This document shows, in pieces, positions 1-8,248 of a DNA stretch of 23,011 nt. Within the stretch, counting starts at the first letter, position 1. Each line of letters starts with the position of its first letter. The DNA is from a virus: UHGV virus genome UHGV-0356582; one strand, given 5' to 3'. Position numbers and translations under genes: made by a program. The notes beneath the pieces are model-generated. The model made no database searches. It saw only the letters and a program-made list of their open reading frames with translations, and was not told the DNA's origin.

Positions 1-1
1 A

Positions 2-727
2 TATACATCCTATGAGAAATATCTGACCATCTCAGGAAAAAGAATTACTTCAAGTAAATCTGAGTGCCCACAGTGCCTTGAGGAGAAAATTCGTAAGAAA
101 GAGATTGAACGTGAGCAGGCAGAACAAAGAGCAAGACAATCAAAAATTGAATATTTGTTGAATTCTCTCAATATTCCAGAGAGGTTCAAAAATTGCACTC
201 TTCAGAATTATGAGCCTGTTAACGATGATGCAAAGCGAGTTCTTAAGGTATGCCAGGCATATGCCAGTAAGTGGCCTGAACGCCTTCAGAAAGGTGGCGG
301 ACTGGTCATGTGTGGTAAGCCTGGAACTGGAAAGAACCACCTTGCACTGGCTATCGCTAGGCACGCCATTATCGAGCATCAAAGCTCTGTGATATTTACC
401 ACTGCGTTGAAAATTGCCAGAGAGTACAAATCAACATGGTCTAAGGCCGCAACCAGAACTGAAGAAGAAGTCATTAGGCAATTTACGCATCCTGACTTGT
501 TAATAATCGATGAGGTTGGCGTGCAGTTCGGCAGTGATGCTGAAAAGCTAATCATGTTCGAAATTATCAACACCAGATATGAATACATGAAGCCAACAAT
601 CCTGATTAGTAATCAGAGCAAAGATGAACTTTCGGCATTCATTGGTGAGCGTGTTATTGACAGGATGAATGATGGCGGCGGATGCACCCTTGCGTTTACA
701 TGGGATAGTTACAGGAGCAGATCGTGA
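2..727 (+). CDS. DnaC-like replicative helicase loader (AAA+ ATPase), 5'-truncated by window edge
   Basis: Reading frame is open from position 2 with no upstream stop. Walker A-like motif CGKPGTGKNHLA and Walker B-like LLIIDEVG. N-terminal Cys pair (ECPQC) typical of phage DnaC-type loaders. Sits upstream of the nin region as in lambdoid replication modules. Confidence 0.8.
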   Translation, partial: YTSYEKYLTISGKRITSSKSECPQCLEEKIRKKEIEREQAEQRARQSKIEYLLNSLNIPERFKNCTLQNYEPVNDDAKRVLKVCQAYASKWPERLQKGGGLVMCGKPGTGKNHLALAIARHAIIEHQSSVIFTTALKIAREYKSTWSKAATRTEEEVIRQFTHPDLLIIDEVGVQFGSDAEKLIMFEIINTRYEYMKPTILISNQSKDELSAFIGERVIDRMNDGGGCTLAFTWDSYRSRS

Positions 728-1014
728 CTGGAAAAGAAATCATCCTGGAATATCTGAAAACTCATGAACAATTCTCCCCACATGAATTAGCTCTGATCAC
801 CGGAATACCAAATAACAGAATCGCTCAAGCAGCAAGGCATATGGTGAAACAAGGGCATTTGAGTGTTGTTGAGCGTAAGTGGAAGACGGTTATTTATGCG
901 AAACGCAAAGTGAAGAAGGAGCCAATTAAAAGAAATCCAGATGGTACGGGGTGGGGATGTGCAAATCCAATGACGGCGTTTATTAATAGGGCGCTTATGG
1001 AGGTAAGGCAATGA
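724..1014 (+). CDS. hypothetical protein, 96 aa, possible winged-helix DNA-binding fold; occupies the ren-equivalent position
   Basis: GTG start overlaps the dnaC-like stop (GTGA). AGGAG at 713-717. Basic C-terminal half. No confident family assignment. Confidence 0.5.
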   Translation: MTGKEIILEYLKTHEQFSPHELALITGIPNNRIAQAARHMVKQGHLSVVERKWKTVIYAKRKVKKEPIKRNPDGTGWGCANPMTAFINRALMEVRQ

Positions 1015-1280
1015 ATAAAAAACAATTAGCCATTCTCGAAAAGGCATGGGATGCACAAATATCATGCGCTTTGAAAGAACAGGCACTACCAATAATCCAG
1101 ACCAAATCGAAAATAGCCAGGCAGTTATGCGATGACGGATTCCTGAACGAAGTTGAGATTACGCGCCAGATGGTAACGTTCAAAGGGTATGAGATAAATC
1201 ATCATGGTATAGCGGCGTATTGCTCCCACCTTCCTGATGACGTTGACATTGATGAAATGGAAAGGGAGATGAAGCAATGA
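1011..1280 (+). CDS. hypothetical protein, 89 aa
   Basis: ATG overlaps the previous stop (ATGA), suggesting translational coupling. GGAGG at 998-1002. No recognisable motif. Confidence 0.5.
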   Translation: MNKKQLAILEKAWDAQISCALKEQALPIIQTKSKIARQLCDDGFLNEVEITRQMVTFKGYEINHHGIAAYCSHLPDDVDIDEMEREMKQ

Positions 1281-1305
1281 CCATCTACATCACTGAGCTA
1301 ATAAC

Positions 1306-1337
1306 AGGCCTGCTGGTAATCGCAGGCCTTTTTATTT
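1306..1337 (+). terminator. intrinsic terminator upstream of ninB (tR2-like position)
   Basis: Perfect 8-bp stem AGGCCTGC (1306-1313) / GCAGGCCT (1322-1329), 8-nt loop, followed by TTTTATTT. Confidence 0.6.
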
Positions 1338-1353
1338 GGGGGAGAGGGAAGTC

Positions 1354-1770
1354 ATGAAAAAACTAACCTTTGAAATTCGATCCCCAGAACATCAGCAAAA
1401 CGCTATTCACGCGGTACAGCAAATTCTTCCAGACCCAACCAAACCAATCGTAGTAACCATTCAGGAACGCAACCGCAGCATTCGGCAAAATGCACGCCTT
1501 CACGCGATGCTATCTGAAATAAGTAAGAAGGCTACATATCATGGAAAAGCAAGAAATATTGAGTTTTGGAAGGGGTTATTCGTTTCTGGTTGGCAGATTG
1601 CAACCAACCAGCACCCTGAGATTATATCAGGGTTAGAAGGTGAGCTAATAAACATCAGAGAGAGTACGGCGACTCTATCTGTAAAAAAAATATCCGAAAT
1701 AATGGACTACATAGAAGCATATTGTGCCATGAACTCAATTCATCTTAGCGAATGGAGGAATTATGATTGA
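1354..1770 (+). CDS. ninB: NinB-family recombination protein; N-terminal ~50 codons lambda-type, remainder divergent and AT-rich (chimeric)
   Basis: MKKLTFEIRSPEHQQNAIHAVQQILPDPTKPIVVTIQERNRS matches my recollection of lambda NinB almost exactly. GGGAGAGGGAAG RBS before the ATG at 1354. The ORF-track start at 1336 lies inside the terminator T-tract and is unlikely. Confidence 0.85.
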   Translation: MKKLTFEIRSPEHQQNAIHAVQQILPDPTKPIVVTIQERNRSIRQNARLHAMLSEISKKATYHGKARNIEFWKGLFVSGWQIATNQHPEIISGLEGELINIRESTATLSVKKISEIMDYIEAYCAMNSIHLSEWRNYD

Positions 1771-2365
1771 GGTTTGGGTAGATATCGAAGGAATTCCATT
1801 TTATCAGGTTAGCAATAAAGGAAATTTCAGGTCTATTACGAGGGAAATTACAGTAACATCAACCAGACAGAGGCCATATAAGAAAATAATTAATGGCACT
1901 AGCGTAAAACCATTCAAGTGCAAGTCGACAGGATATCTTCAAATAAAGGTATACGGTAAGAAATACAGCGCCCACAGGATAGTTGCGAAAGCATTCTGTA
2001 CAGGGTTCTGTGATGGCTTGGTAGTTAATCACAAAAATGGGCAAAGAGATGACAATAGGGCTGAAAACCTTGAATGGGTATCACATTCTGAAAACTCAAA
2101 GCACGGATATAAACAAAATGGAAGAATACCTATATCGCTAGGTAAATTTAGTGGTGATCATCCTGCCAGTAAAGCTGTTATTTCTACTGACATGAAAACT
2201 GGGGAGGAGGTTTATTATGAAGCAGCTATGGATGCTGTCAGAGAAGGATTTGATAGTTCGTCAATTAGTCGTTGCTGTAATGGCGAAAGCTCATATCACA
2301 AAGGAAGATTCTGGCGATTTGCAAATGAAACAATGAAAGCGCGATGGGGAGACAGGGCGGCATGA
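1763..2365 (+). CDS. HNH homing endonuclease (NUMOD4-like N-terminus plus HNH_3-like motif)
   Basis: [17 protein letters not shown] (NUMOD4-like) and [28 protein letters not shown] (His/Asn HNH motif). AT-rich coding sequence. Start overlaps the ninB stop and stop overlaps the ninE start. Confidence 0.85.
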   Translation: MIEVWVDIEGIPFYQVSNKGNFRSITREITVTSTRQRPYKKIINGTSVKPFKCKSTGYLQIKVYGKKYSAHRIVAKAFCTGFCDGLVVNHKNGQRDDNRAENLEWVSHSENSKHGYKQNGRIPISLGKFSGDHPASKAVISTDMKTGEEVYYEAAMDAVREGFDSSSISRCCNGESSYHKGRFWRFANETMKARWGDRAA

Positions 2366-2544
2366 GACGACAGCGACGAAGTATCACCGACATCATCTGC
2401 GAAAACTGCAAATACCTTCCAACGAAACGCTCCAGAAATAAACGCAAGCCAATCCCGAAAGAATCTGACGTAAAAACCTTCAACTACACGGCTCACCTGT
2501 GGGATATCCGGTGGCTTAGAGAACGTGCGAGGAAAACAAGGTGA
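2362..2544 (+). CDS. ninE: NinE-family protein, 60 aa
   Basis: [52 protein letters not shown]... matches my recollection of lambda NinE. True start is the ATG at 2362 (ATGA overlap), not the ORF-track start at 2344. Confidence 0.8.
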   Translation: MRRQRRSITDIICENCKYLPTKRSRNKRKPIPKESDVKTFNYTAHLWDIRWLRERARKTR

Positions 2545-2711
2545 TTGACCCAAATCGAAGTTACGAACAACAAAGCGTAGAGCGGGCTTTAACGTGCGCT
2601 AACTGCGGTCAGAAGCTGCATGTGCTGGAAGTTCACGTGTGTGAGCACTGCTGCGCAGAACTGATGAGCGATCCGAATAGCTCAATGTACGAGGAAGAAG
2701 ACGATGAGTGA
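2541..2711 (+). CDS. ninF: NinF-family small Cys-rich protein, 56 aa, GTG start
   Basis: Not in the ORF track (under 60 aa). Translation [57 protein letters not shown] matches my recollection of lambda/P22 NinF. GTGA overlap with the ninE stop. Confidence 0.7.
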   Translation: MIDPNRSYEQQSVERALTCANCGQKLHVLEVHVCEHCCAELMSDPNSSMYEEEDDE

Positions 2712-2973
2712 TTTCTCTGAGCTTATTTCCTTCAGAAAAGACAGAGAAGAAATGCGGACTGAATCTGTCTATTACGTTCAACACCGGAATAAACGCTCGG
2801 TGCTTGATCAGGAGTTGGTTATTACCGGAGACCTGGCATTCAGAACATATAAGGCCAGCATGGAAATGAAGGATTTCCCTAAATGTGGTTCTGAAAGAGA
2901 AGCAGCGTTAAAGCTGGCAGAGTGGATGCAGAGAATGGCTGCTGCAATTGAGAATTACTGGAGCGAACCATAA
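2704..2973 (+). CDS. hypothetical nin-region protein, 89 aa
   Basis: ATG overlaps the ninF 3' end and its TAA overlaps the ninG ATG (TAATG). I do not recognise the sequence; it sits between ninF and ninG, which are adjacent in lambda as I recall it. Confidence 0.55.
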   Translation: MSDFSELISFRKDREEMRTESVYYVQHRNKRSVLDQELVITGDLAFRTYKASMEMKDFPKCGSEREAALKLAEWMQRMAAAIENYWSEP

Positions 2974-3584
2974 TGGCTAAACCAGCGCGAAGACGATGTA
3001 AAAACGATGAATGTCGGGAATGGTTTCACCCTGCATTCGCTAATCAGTGGTGGTGCTCTCCAGAGTGTGGAACCAAGATAGCACTCGAACGACGAAGCAA
3101 AGAACGCGAAAAAGCGGAAAAAGCAGCAGAGAAGAAACGACGACGAGAGGAGCAGAAACAGAAAGATAAAATTAAGATTCGAAAACTCGCTTTAAAGCCC
3201 CGCAGTTACTGGATTAAACAAGCCCAACAAGCCGTAAACGCCTTCATCAGAGAAAGAGACCGCGACTTACCATGTATCTCGTGCGGAACGCTCACGTCTG
3301 CTCAGTGGGATGCCGGACATTACCGGACAACTGCTGCGGCGCCTCAACTCCGATTTGATGAACGCAATATTCACAAGCAATGCGTGGTGTGCAACCAGCA
3401 CAAAAGCGGAAATCTCGTTCCGTATCGCGTCGAACTGATTAGCCGCATCGGGCAGGAAGCAGTAGACGAAATCGAATCAAACCATAACCGCCATCGCTGG
3501 ACTATCGAAGAGTGCAAGGCGATCAAGGCAGAGTACCAACAGAAACTCAAAGACCTGCGAAATAGCAGAAGTGAGGCCGCATGA
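2973..3584 (+). CDS. ninG: NinG/Rap recombination-associated structure-specific endonuclease
   Basis: [41 protein letters not shown]... near-identical to lambda NinG as I recall it. Two Cys clusters, lysine/glutamate-rich linker. Confidence 0.95.
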   Translation: MAKPARRRCKNDECREWFHPAFANQWWCSPECGTKIALERRSKEREKAEKAAEKKRRREEQKQKDKIKIRKLALKPRSYWIKQAQQAVNAFIRERDRDLPCISCGTLTSAQWDAGHYRTTAAAPQLRFDERNIHKQCVVCNQHKSGNLVPYRVELISRIGQEAVDEIESNHNRHRWTIEECKAIKAEYQQKLKDLRNSRSEAA

Positions 3585-3787
3585 CGTTCTCAGTAAAAAC
3601 CATTCCAGACATGCTTGTTGAAGCATACGGAAACCAGACAGAAGTGGCACGCAGACTGAAATGTAGTCGCGGCACGGTAAGAAAATACGTTGATGATAAA
3701 GACGGGAAAATGCACGCCATCGTCAACGACGTTCTCATGGTTCATCGCGGATGGAGTGAAAGAGATGCGCTATTACGAAAGAATTGA
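3581..3787 (+). CDS. ninH: NinH, small HTH (Fis-like) protein
   Basis: [37 protein letters not shown]... matches lambda NinH. ATGA overlap with ninG. Confidence 0.9.
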   Translation: MTFSVKTIPDMLVEAYGNQTEVARRLKCSRGTVRKYVDDKDGKMHAIVNDVLMVHRGWSERDALLRKN

Positions 3788-4436
3788 TGGCAGCAAATAC
3801 CGAAATATTTGGGTAGTTGGCGATCTGCACGGATGCTACACGAACCTGATGAAAAAACTGGAGACGATAGGATTCGACACCAAAAAAGACCTGCTTATCT
3901 CGGTGGGCGATTTGGTTGATCGCGGTACAGAGAACGTCGAATGCCTGGAATTAATCACATTCCCCTGGTTCAGAGCTGTACGTGGAAACCATGAGCAAAT
4001 GATGATTGATGGCTTATCAGAGCGCGGAAACGTCAATCACTGGATGCTTAATGGCGGTGGCTGGTTCTTTAATCTCGATTACGACAAAGAAATTCTGGCT
4101 AAAGCTCTTGCCCATAAAGCAGATGAACTTCCGTTAATCATCGAACTGGTGAGCAAAGATAAAAAATATGTCATCTGCCACGCCGATTATCCTTGTGACG
4201 AATACGAGTTTGGAAAGCCAGTTGATCATCAGCAGGTAATCTGGAACCGCGAACGAATCAGCAACTCACAAGACGGGATCGTAAAAGAAATCAAAGGAGC
4301 GGACACGTTCATCTTTGGTCATACGCCAGCAGTGAAACCACTCAAATTTGCCAACCAGATGTATATCGATACCGGCGCAGTGTTCTGCGGAAACCTCACA
4401 TTGATTCAGGTACAGGGAGAAGGCGCGTGGGCATAA
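3765..4436 (+). CDS. ninI: NinI serine/threonine protein phosphatase (lambda PPase family, calcineurin-like metallophosphatase)
   Basis: [24 protein letters not shown]...GDLVDRG...GNHE... metallophosphatase motifs, near-identical to lambda PPase. Start taken at ATG 3765 rather than the track's 3690, to match the known N-terminus. Confidence 0.9.
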   Translation: MRYYERIDGSKYRNIWVVGDLHGCYTNLMKKLETIGFDTKKDLLISVGDLVDRGTENVECLELITFPWFRAVRGNHEQMMIDGLSERGNVNHWMLNGGGWFFNLDYDKEILAKALAHKADELPLIIELVSKDKKYVICHADYPCDEYEFGKPVDHQQVIWNRERISNSQDGIVKEIKGADTFIFGHTPAVKPLKFANQMYIDTGAVFCGNLTLIQVQGEGAWA

Positions 4437-4945
4437 GAGAACTAAACCTAACCAAAGAACAGCATGAGTGGCTGAATGGCTGGCTTGAACTGTGGGGCGC
4501 ATGGGTTTATTCAGGTCGTCTGGAAAAGCGCATGATCAGCGTAATAGCGAAGTTCATGGAGAGCGTAGAGCCGGGAAGAGTTATGACAAGGCCAATGTGT
4601 AATGATGATGATGGAATGTTGATTTCTCAGGTCGTCGATTCCGTCATGTACATTGACAAGAAAGCCTTTGGCATCCTCCTCAGCTACTACGCTCATGGTT
4701 CATCAAAGCGAGCAATTGCATCCTACTATCACGCGACTGCAAAGCCACGCAAGATGTGTGGACGTGGTGGCGAGGGATGGAGAAAACCTTCACTGGCAAC
4801 CTGTAGAAACGAAATTGACGACATCCTGAAATCGTCGTTATTTGTTTTGTACCAACCAATGCAAAATGCTTTCAAAATGCGTAAACGTGTTGAGAAAGTT
4901 AAGCATGTTGCTGTTAAAAGCCTTGACATGCAATTAGCCATTTAG
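4427..4945 (+). CDS. putative late-gene antiterminator Q (assigned mainly by position; not the lambda Q sequence type)
   Basis: GTG start with GGGAGAAGG RBS, overlapping the ninI stop. Lies between ninI and the lysis cassette where Q always sits. A candidate late promoter overlaps its 3' end. I cannot confirm the family by sequence recall. Confidence 0.5.
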   Translation: MGIRELNLTKEQHEWLNGWLELWGAWVYSGRLEKRMISVIAKFMESVEPGRVMTRPMCNDDDGMLISQVVDSVMYIDKKAFGILLSYYAHGSSKRAIASYYHATAKPRKMCGRGGEGWRKPSLATCRNEIDDILKSSLFVLYQPMQNAFKMRKRVEKVKHVAVKSLDMQLAI

Positions 4946-4952
4946 CCATAAT
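4923..4952 (+). promoter_or_regulatory. candidate late promoter (PR'-like): -35 TTGACA, 18-nt spacer, -10 CATAAT
   Basis: TTGACA at 4923-4928 and CATAAT at 4947-4952. Located at the 3' end of the putative Q gene, as in phage 21/82-type late regulatory regions. Confidence 0.4.
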
Positions 4953-4962
4953 TAGAGGGTAA

Positions 4963-5004
4963 GCTGCCGTTAGTGACTCTTAAGTTGCAACGGTGGCTTT
5001 TTTT
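4963..5004 (+). terminator. candidate intrinsic terminator downstream of the late promoter (tR'-like)
   Basis: Imperfect 9-bp stem (4963-4971 pairing with 4989-4997, two G-U pairs) followed by T7 at 4998-5004. Confidence 0.4.
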
Positions 5005-5444
5005 GTTTGCACAACAGGTAAGAGCATTGAACCCGCAGACCTCGCGGAATTGGTGAAAGGTGCCGCGCAGTGCTCTTATCGTTGTGGTGAATGCACAGGC
5101 TGATGTGTAAGGGCAAGAATCTTTCGCTGGATTCGGTGTGGCCACGTAGCCCGCTGTAGGCAGTTGCAGCAAACCGGAGATCAGCACCGGTCGCCACAAT
5201 CCAAACTGAGCCGTAGCCACTGGCTATCCTGAATTCATCAGTGATAGTTACGCTGCGGCCTTCTACACATGACCTTCGTGAAAGCGGGTGGCAAGAGGCT
5301 GCGCTAACAACCTCATGCCGTTTTGCTCGTGCATATCGGTCACGAACAAATCTGATTACTAAACACAGTAGCCTGGATTTGTTCTATCAGTAATCGACCT
5401 TATTCCTAATTAAATAGAGCAAATCCCCTTATTGTGGGTAAGAC

Positions 5445-5768
5445 ATGAAGATGCCAGAAAAACATGACCTGTTAGCCGCCATTCTCGCGGCAAAGGAACA
5501 AGGCATCGGGGCAATCCTTGCGTTTGCAATGGCGTACCTTCGCGGCAGATATAATGGCGGTGCGTTTACAAAAACAGTAATCGACGCAACGATGTGCGCC
5601 ATTATCGCCTGGTTCATTCGTGACCTTCTCGACTTCGCCGGACTAAGTAGCAATCTCGCTTATATAACGAGCGTGTTTATCGGCTACATCGGTACTGACT
5701 CGATTGGTTCGCTTATCAAACGCTTCGCTGCTAAAAAAGCCGGAGTAGAAGATGGTGGAAATCAATAA
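5445..5768 (+). CDS. S: class I holin S (S107/S105 dual-start type)
   Basis: [41 protein letters not shown]... near-identical to lambda S, including the Met1-Lys2-Met3 dual-start motif. Confidence 0.95.
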   Translation: MKMPEKHDLLAAILAAKEQGIGAILAFAMAYLRGRYNGGAFTKTVIDATMCAIIAWFIRDLLDFAGLSSNLAYITSVFIGYIGTDSIGSLIKRFAAKKAGVEDGGNQ

Positions 5769-6228
5769 TCAACGTAAGGCGTTCCTCGATATGCTGGCGT
5801 GGTCAGAGGGAACAGATAACGGACGTCAGAAAACCAGAAATCATGGTTATGACGTCATTGTAGGCGGAGAGCTATTCACTGATTACTCCGATCACCCTCG
5901 CAAACTTGTCACGCTAAACCCCAAACTCAAATCAACAGCAGCCGGACGTTACCAGCTTCTTTCACGTTGGTGGGATGCATACCGTAAGCAGCTTGGCCTG
6001 AAAGACTTCTCTCCGAAAAGCCAGGACGCTGTGGCATTGCAACAGATTAAAGAGCGTGGCGCTTTGCCGATGATTGATCGCGGTGATATCCGTCAGGCAA
6101 TCGACCGTTGCAGCAATATCTGGGCTTCGTTGCCCGGGGCTGGTTATGGCCAGTTCGAGCATAAGGCTGACAGCCTGATTACAAAATTCAAAGAAGCTGG
6201 CGGAACAGTCAGAGAGATTGAGGTATGA
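5752..6228 (+). CDS. R: endolysin R (lytic transglycosylase)
   Basis: [49 protein letters not shown]... matches lambda R, 158 aa. Start overlaps the S 3' end. Confidence 0.95.
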   Translation: MVEINNQRKAFLDMLAWSEGTDNGRQKTRNHGYDVIVGGELFTDYSDHPRKLVTLNPKLKSTAAGRYQLLSRWWDAYRKQLGLKDFSPKSQDAVALQQIKERGALPMIDRGDIRQAIDRCSNIWASLPGAGYGQFEHKADSLITKFKEAGGTVREIEV

Positions 6229-6662
6229 GCAGAGTAACCGCGATTATCTCCGCTCTGGTTATCTGCATCATCGTTTGCCTGTCATGGGCTGTTAATCACT
6301 ACCGTGATAACGCCATCGCCTACAAAGAGCAGCGCGATAAGGCCGCATCCACAATTGCTGACATGCAGAAGCGTCAACGTGATGTAGCAGAACTCGACGC
6401 CAGATACACAAAGGAGCTTGCTGATGCTAACGCGACTATCGAAAGCCTCCGTGCTGATGTTTCTGCTGGTCGTAAGCGCCTGCAAGTCGCCGCCACCTGT
6501 GCAAAGTCAACGACCGGAGCCAGCAGCATGGGCGATGGAGAAAGCCCAGGACTTACAGCAGATGCTGAACTCAATTATTACCGTCTCAGAAGTGGAATCG
6601 ACAGGATAACCGCGCAGGTTAACTACCTGCAGGAGTACATCAGGACGCAATGCCTGAAATAA
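6225..6662 (+). CDS. Rz: i-spanin Rz
   Basis: N-terminal transmembrane segment [31 protein letters not shown] matches lambda Rz; the C-terminal coiled-coil part is divergent. ATGA overlap with R. Confidence 0.9.
   Translation: MSRVTAIISALVICIIVCLSWAVNHYRDNAIAYKEQRDKAASTIADMQKRQRDVAELDARYTKELADANATIESLRADVSAGRKRLQVAATCAKSTTGASSMGDGESPGLTADAELNYYRLRSGIDRITAQVNYLQEYIRTQCLK
6418..6609 (+). CDS. Rz1: o-spanin Rz1 (lipoprotein), embedded in the +1 frame of Rz
   Basis: Signal peptide with lipobox LVVSAC followed by a proline-rich segment ([13 protein letters not shown]). Fully nested in Rz, as in lambda. Exact start (6418 or an internal Met) is uncertain. Confidence 0.75.
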   Translation: MLMLTRLSKASVLMFLLVVSACKSPPPVQSQRPEPAAWAMEKAQDLQQMLNSIITVSEVESTG

Positions 6663-6693
6663 TTTTTTTGCAAATCACAAAGTCCATTTAATG

Positions 6694-6719
6694 AGCCTCG
6701 CGATGCGGGGCTTTTTATT
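6694..6719 (+). terminator. intrinsic terminator after Rz
   Basis: 8-bp stem AGCCTCGC / GCGGGGCT (one G-U pair), 3-nt loop, then TTTTATT. Confidence 0.55.
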
Positions 6720-6740
6720 CCCAACTCTATAGGTAATTTT

Positions 6741-7268
6741 ATGACCCAGCATATTGGCGTAAAACTGATTAACGCCTTTCCGATGACGAGACAGGCATAT
6801 AACGATTTTCGTGGCTGGCAGCTTCCAGCCGGAGAAAACGGCGAGGACGAAGGCTATCTGGTTGAATATCTGGATGGCGGAAAACCTAACACCGATCGCT
6901 TTGATGGCTACGTTAGCTGGAGTCCAAAAGAAGTATTCGAAAAGGCTTATCGTCCGGTATCAGGGCTAAGTTTCGGCCTTGCCATTGAAGCGCTCAAGTT
7001 GGGGAATAAAGTTGCCCGTGCTGGCTGGAATGGTAAGGGTATGTGGCTGGCATACGTTAAACCGTACACTGAGGCTGTTCATACTGGCAGTACGCCTTGC
7101 TTTTGCAGTCGCGTCTTTGAGTTGCCTGAAGGTACGCATGGAGAACCGAAACGATCTCCGAAACAACTTCCGTATATCGCCATGAAAACAGCGGACGATA
7201 AATTAGTGCCGTGGCTGGCTAGTCAGACTGATGTTCTAGCAGAAGACTGGCAAATCATTACCATGTAG
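6741..7268 (+). CDS. hypothetical protein, 175 aa; C-terminal half resembles the DUF2829 (Tad2-like) small phage protein family
   Basis: Segments FGLAIEALKLGNKVARAGWNGKGMWLAY and PYIAMKTADDKLVPWLASQTDVLAEDWQII match the conserved pattern I associate with DUF2829. Gene is immediately downstream of a terminator. Family assignment is unverified. Confidence 0.5.
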   Translation: MTQHIGVKLINAFPMTRQAYNDFRGWQLPAGENGEDEGYLVEYLDGGKPNTDRFDGYVSWSPKEVFEKAYRPVSGLSFGLAIEALKLGNKVARAGWNGKGMWLAYVKPYTEAVHTGSTPCFCSRVFELPEGTHGEPKRSPKQLPYIAMKTADDKLVPWLASQTDVLAEDWQIITM

Positions 7269-7562
7269 GCATTACAAAGCCCATCTACGGGTGGGCTTGA
7301 TAATGAAACCGGAATTTATTCTAGGTAACCAGTTACGGCAGTACAGCGAAACAACCCAAGCCAGAAAGTGGGGAAATAACACTGGCAGCCACTGAAAGAT
7401 GAACCTCCAGCCTTATGGCAAAAAAGATTCTTTGTGGTGGCGGACTGATGGAAAGACATCGGTTATTGCAGAGACCATTCAATGAGTGGTCTCGACAATG
7501 GCTTATACCCTACACGGGATAACTTAACTGATATCCCTTTTAACGGATAAACGGAGCCAACA

Positions 7563-7805
7563 ATGGCAGAGATTATTCCCATGACTGAAGAACAGAAATT
7601 CCAGTTAGAGATTTACAAACTGGTCATGAACCAGAACGCAGCCGCAGAAGAAGCATTTCAGTTCATTGGCACTGACGAACTGAAGCTTGAGCTATTCAAA
7701 ATTCACTTCCAGTCAGGCGGCGCTAATTCAGATATCACGATCCGCACATTTGAAGCGGTGCGTAAATCGAAGGAAGCGTTAGACCTGTTCACTACCGGAG
7801 CATAA
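7563..7805 (+). CDS. hypothetical protein, 80 aa, upstream of the terminase genes
   Basis: GGAG at 7551-7554 before the ATG. Ends 2 nt before the small terminase start. No recognisable motif. Confidence 0.5.
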   Translation: MAEIIPMTEEQKFQLEIYKLVMNQNAAAEEAFQFIGTDELKLELFKIHFQSGGANSDITIRTFEAVRKSKEALDLFTTGA

Positions 7806-7807
7806 AC

Positions 7808-8248
7808 ATGGCGCGCCCAACAAAGTATCAAGAGGCGTACGCCGAACAGGCACGCAAACTGTGCTTGCTGGGCTACACCGATGCAGAGCTTGCTGATTTC
7901 TTCGAAGTCAGTGAGTCAACTATTAACAAGTGGAAGCTTGATTATCCTGAGTTTTCGGAGTCCATAAAAAAGGGTAAGGCCGTTGCTGATGCAGAAGTTA
8001 GTGACCGTCTTTATCAACGCGCTATGGGCTTCGTGGCTCCAGACATCGATATTCGTGTTATTGAAAACAGAATTGTCGAAACTCCGCTTGAGAAGTATTA
8101 CCCGCCTGATACAACCGCCGCCATCTTCTGGCTTAAGAACCGACAGAAGGATAAATGGCGCGACAAGGTTGATCACGAACTAACAGGCAAAGACGGCGGC
8201 GCAATTCAGATTGAAACATCACCGATGAGCACTCTATTCGGAAAATGA
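7808..8248 (+). CDS. terminase small subunit
   Basis: N-terminal HTH-like segment (YTDAELADFFEVSESTINKWK). Immediately precedes and overlaps (ATGA) the large terminase gene. Size and position fit Sf6-type TerS. Confidence 0.8.
   Translation: MARPTKYQEAYAEQARKLCLLGYTDAELADFFEVSESTINKWKLDYPEFSESIKKGKAVADAEVSDRLYQRAMGFVAPDIDIRVIENRIVETPLEKYYPPDTTAAIFWLKNRQKDKWRDKVDHELTGKDGGAIQIETSPMSTLFGK

Noticed and set aside
1336-1353. ORF-track extension of ninB upstream to position 1336
   Set aside because: The extension starts inside the T-tract of the upstream terminator and precedes the RBS. The ATG at 1354 reproduces the known NinB N-terminus.
3690-3764. ORF-track extension of ninI upstream to 3690
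   Set aside because: The known lambda phosphatase N-terminus (MRYYE…) begins at the ATG at 3765. The extension would lie wholly inside ninH in another frame.
5005-5444. Possible tRNA genes between Q and S, as in some Stx-type lambdoid phages
   Set aside because: I scanned both strands by eye for T-loop-like GTTCGAATC/GTTCAAATC motifs and cloverleaf-compatible acceptor stems and found none. A tRNAscan run would be definitive.
7303-7485. 60-codon reading frame in the gap before the 80-aa ORF, interrupted by a single in-frame TGA at 7393-7395
   Set aside because: It is too short, has no convincing RBS, and I recognise no motif. It could be a decayed gene remnant, but I cannot tell that apart from chance from the sequence alone.
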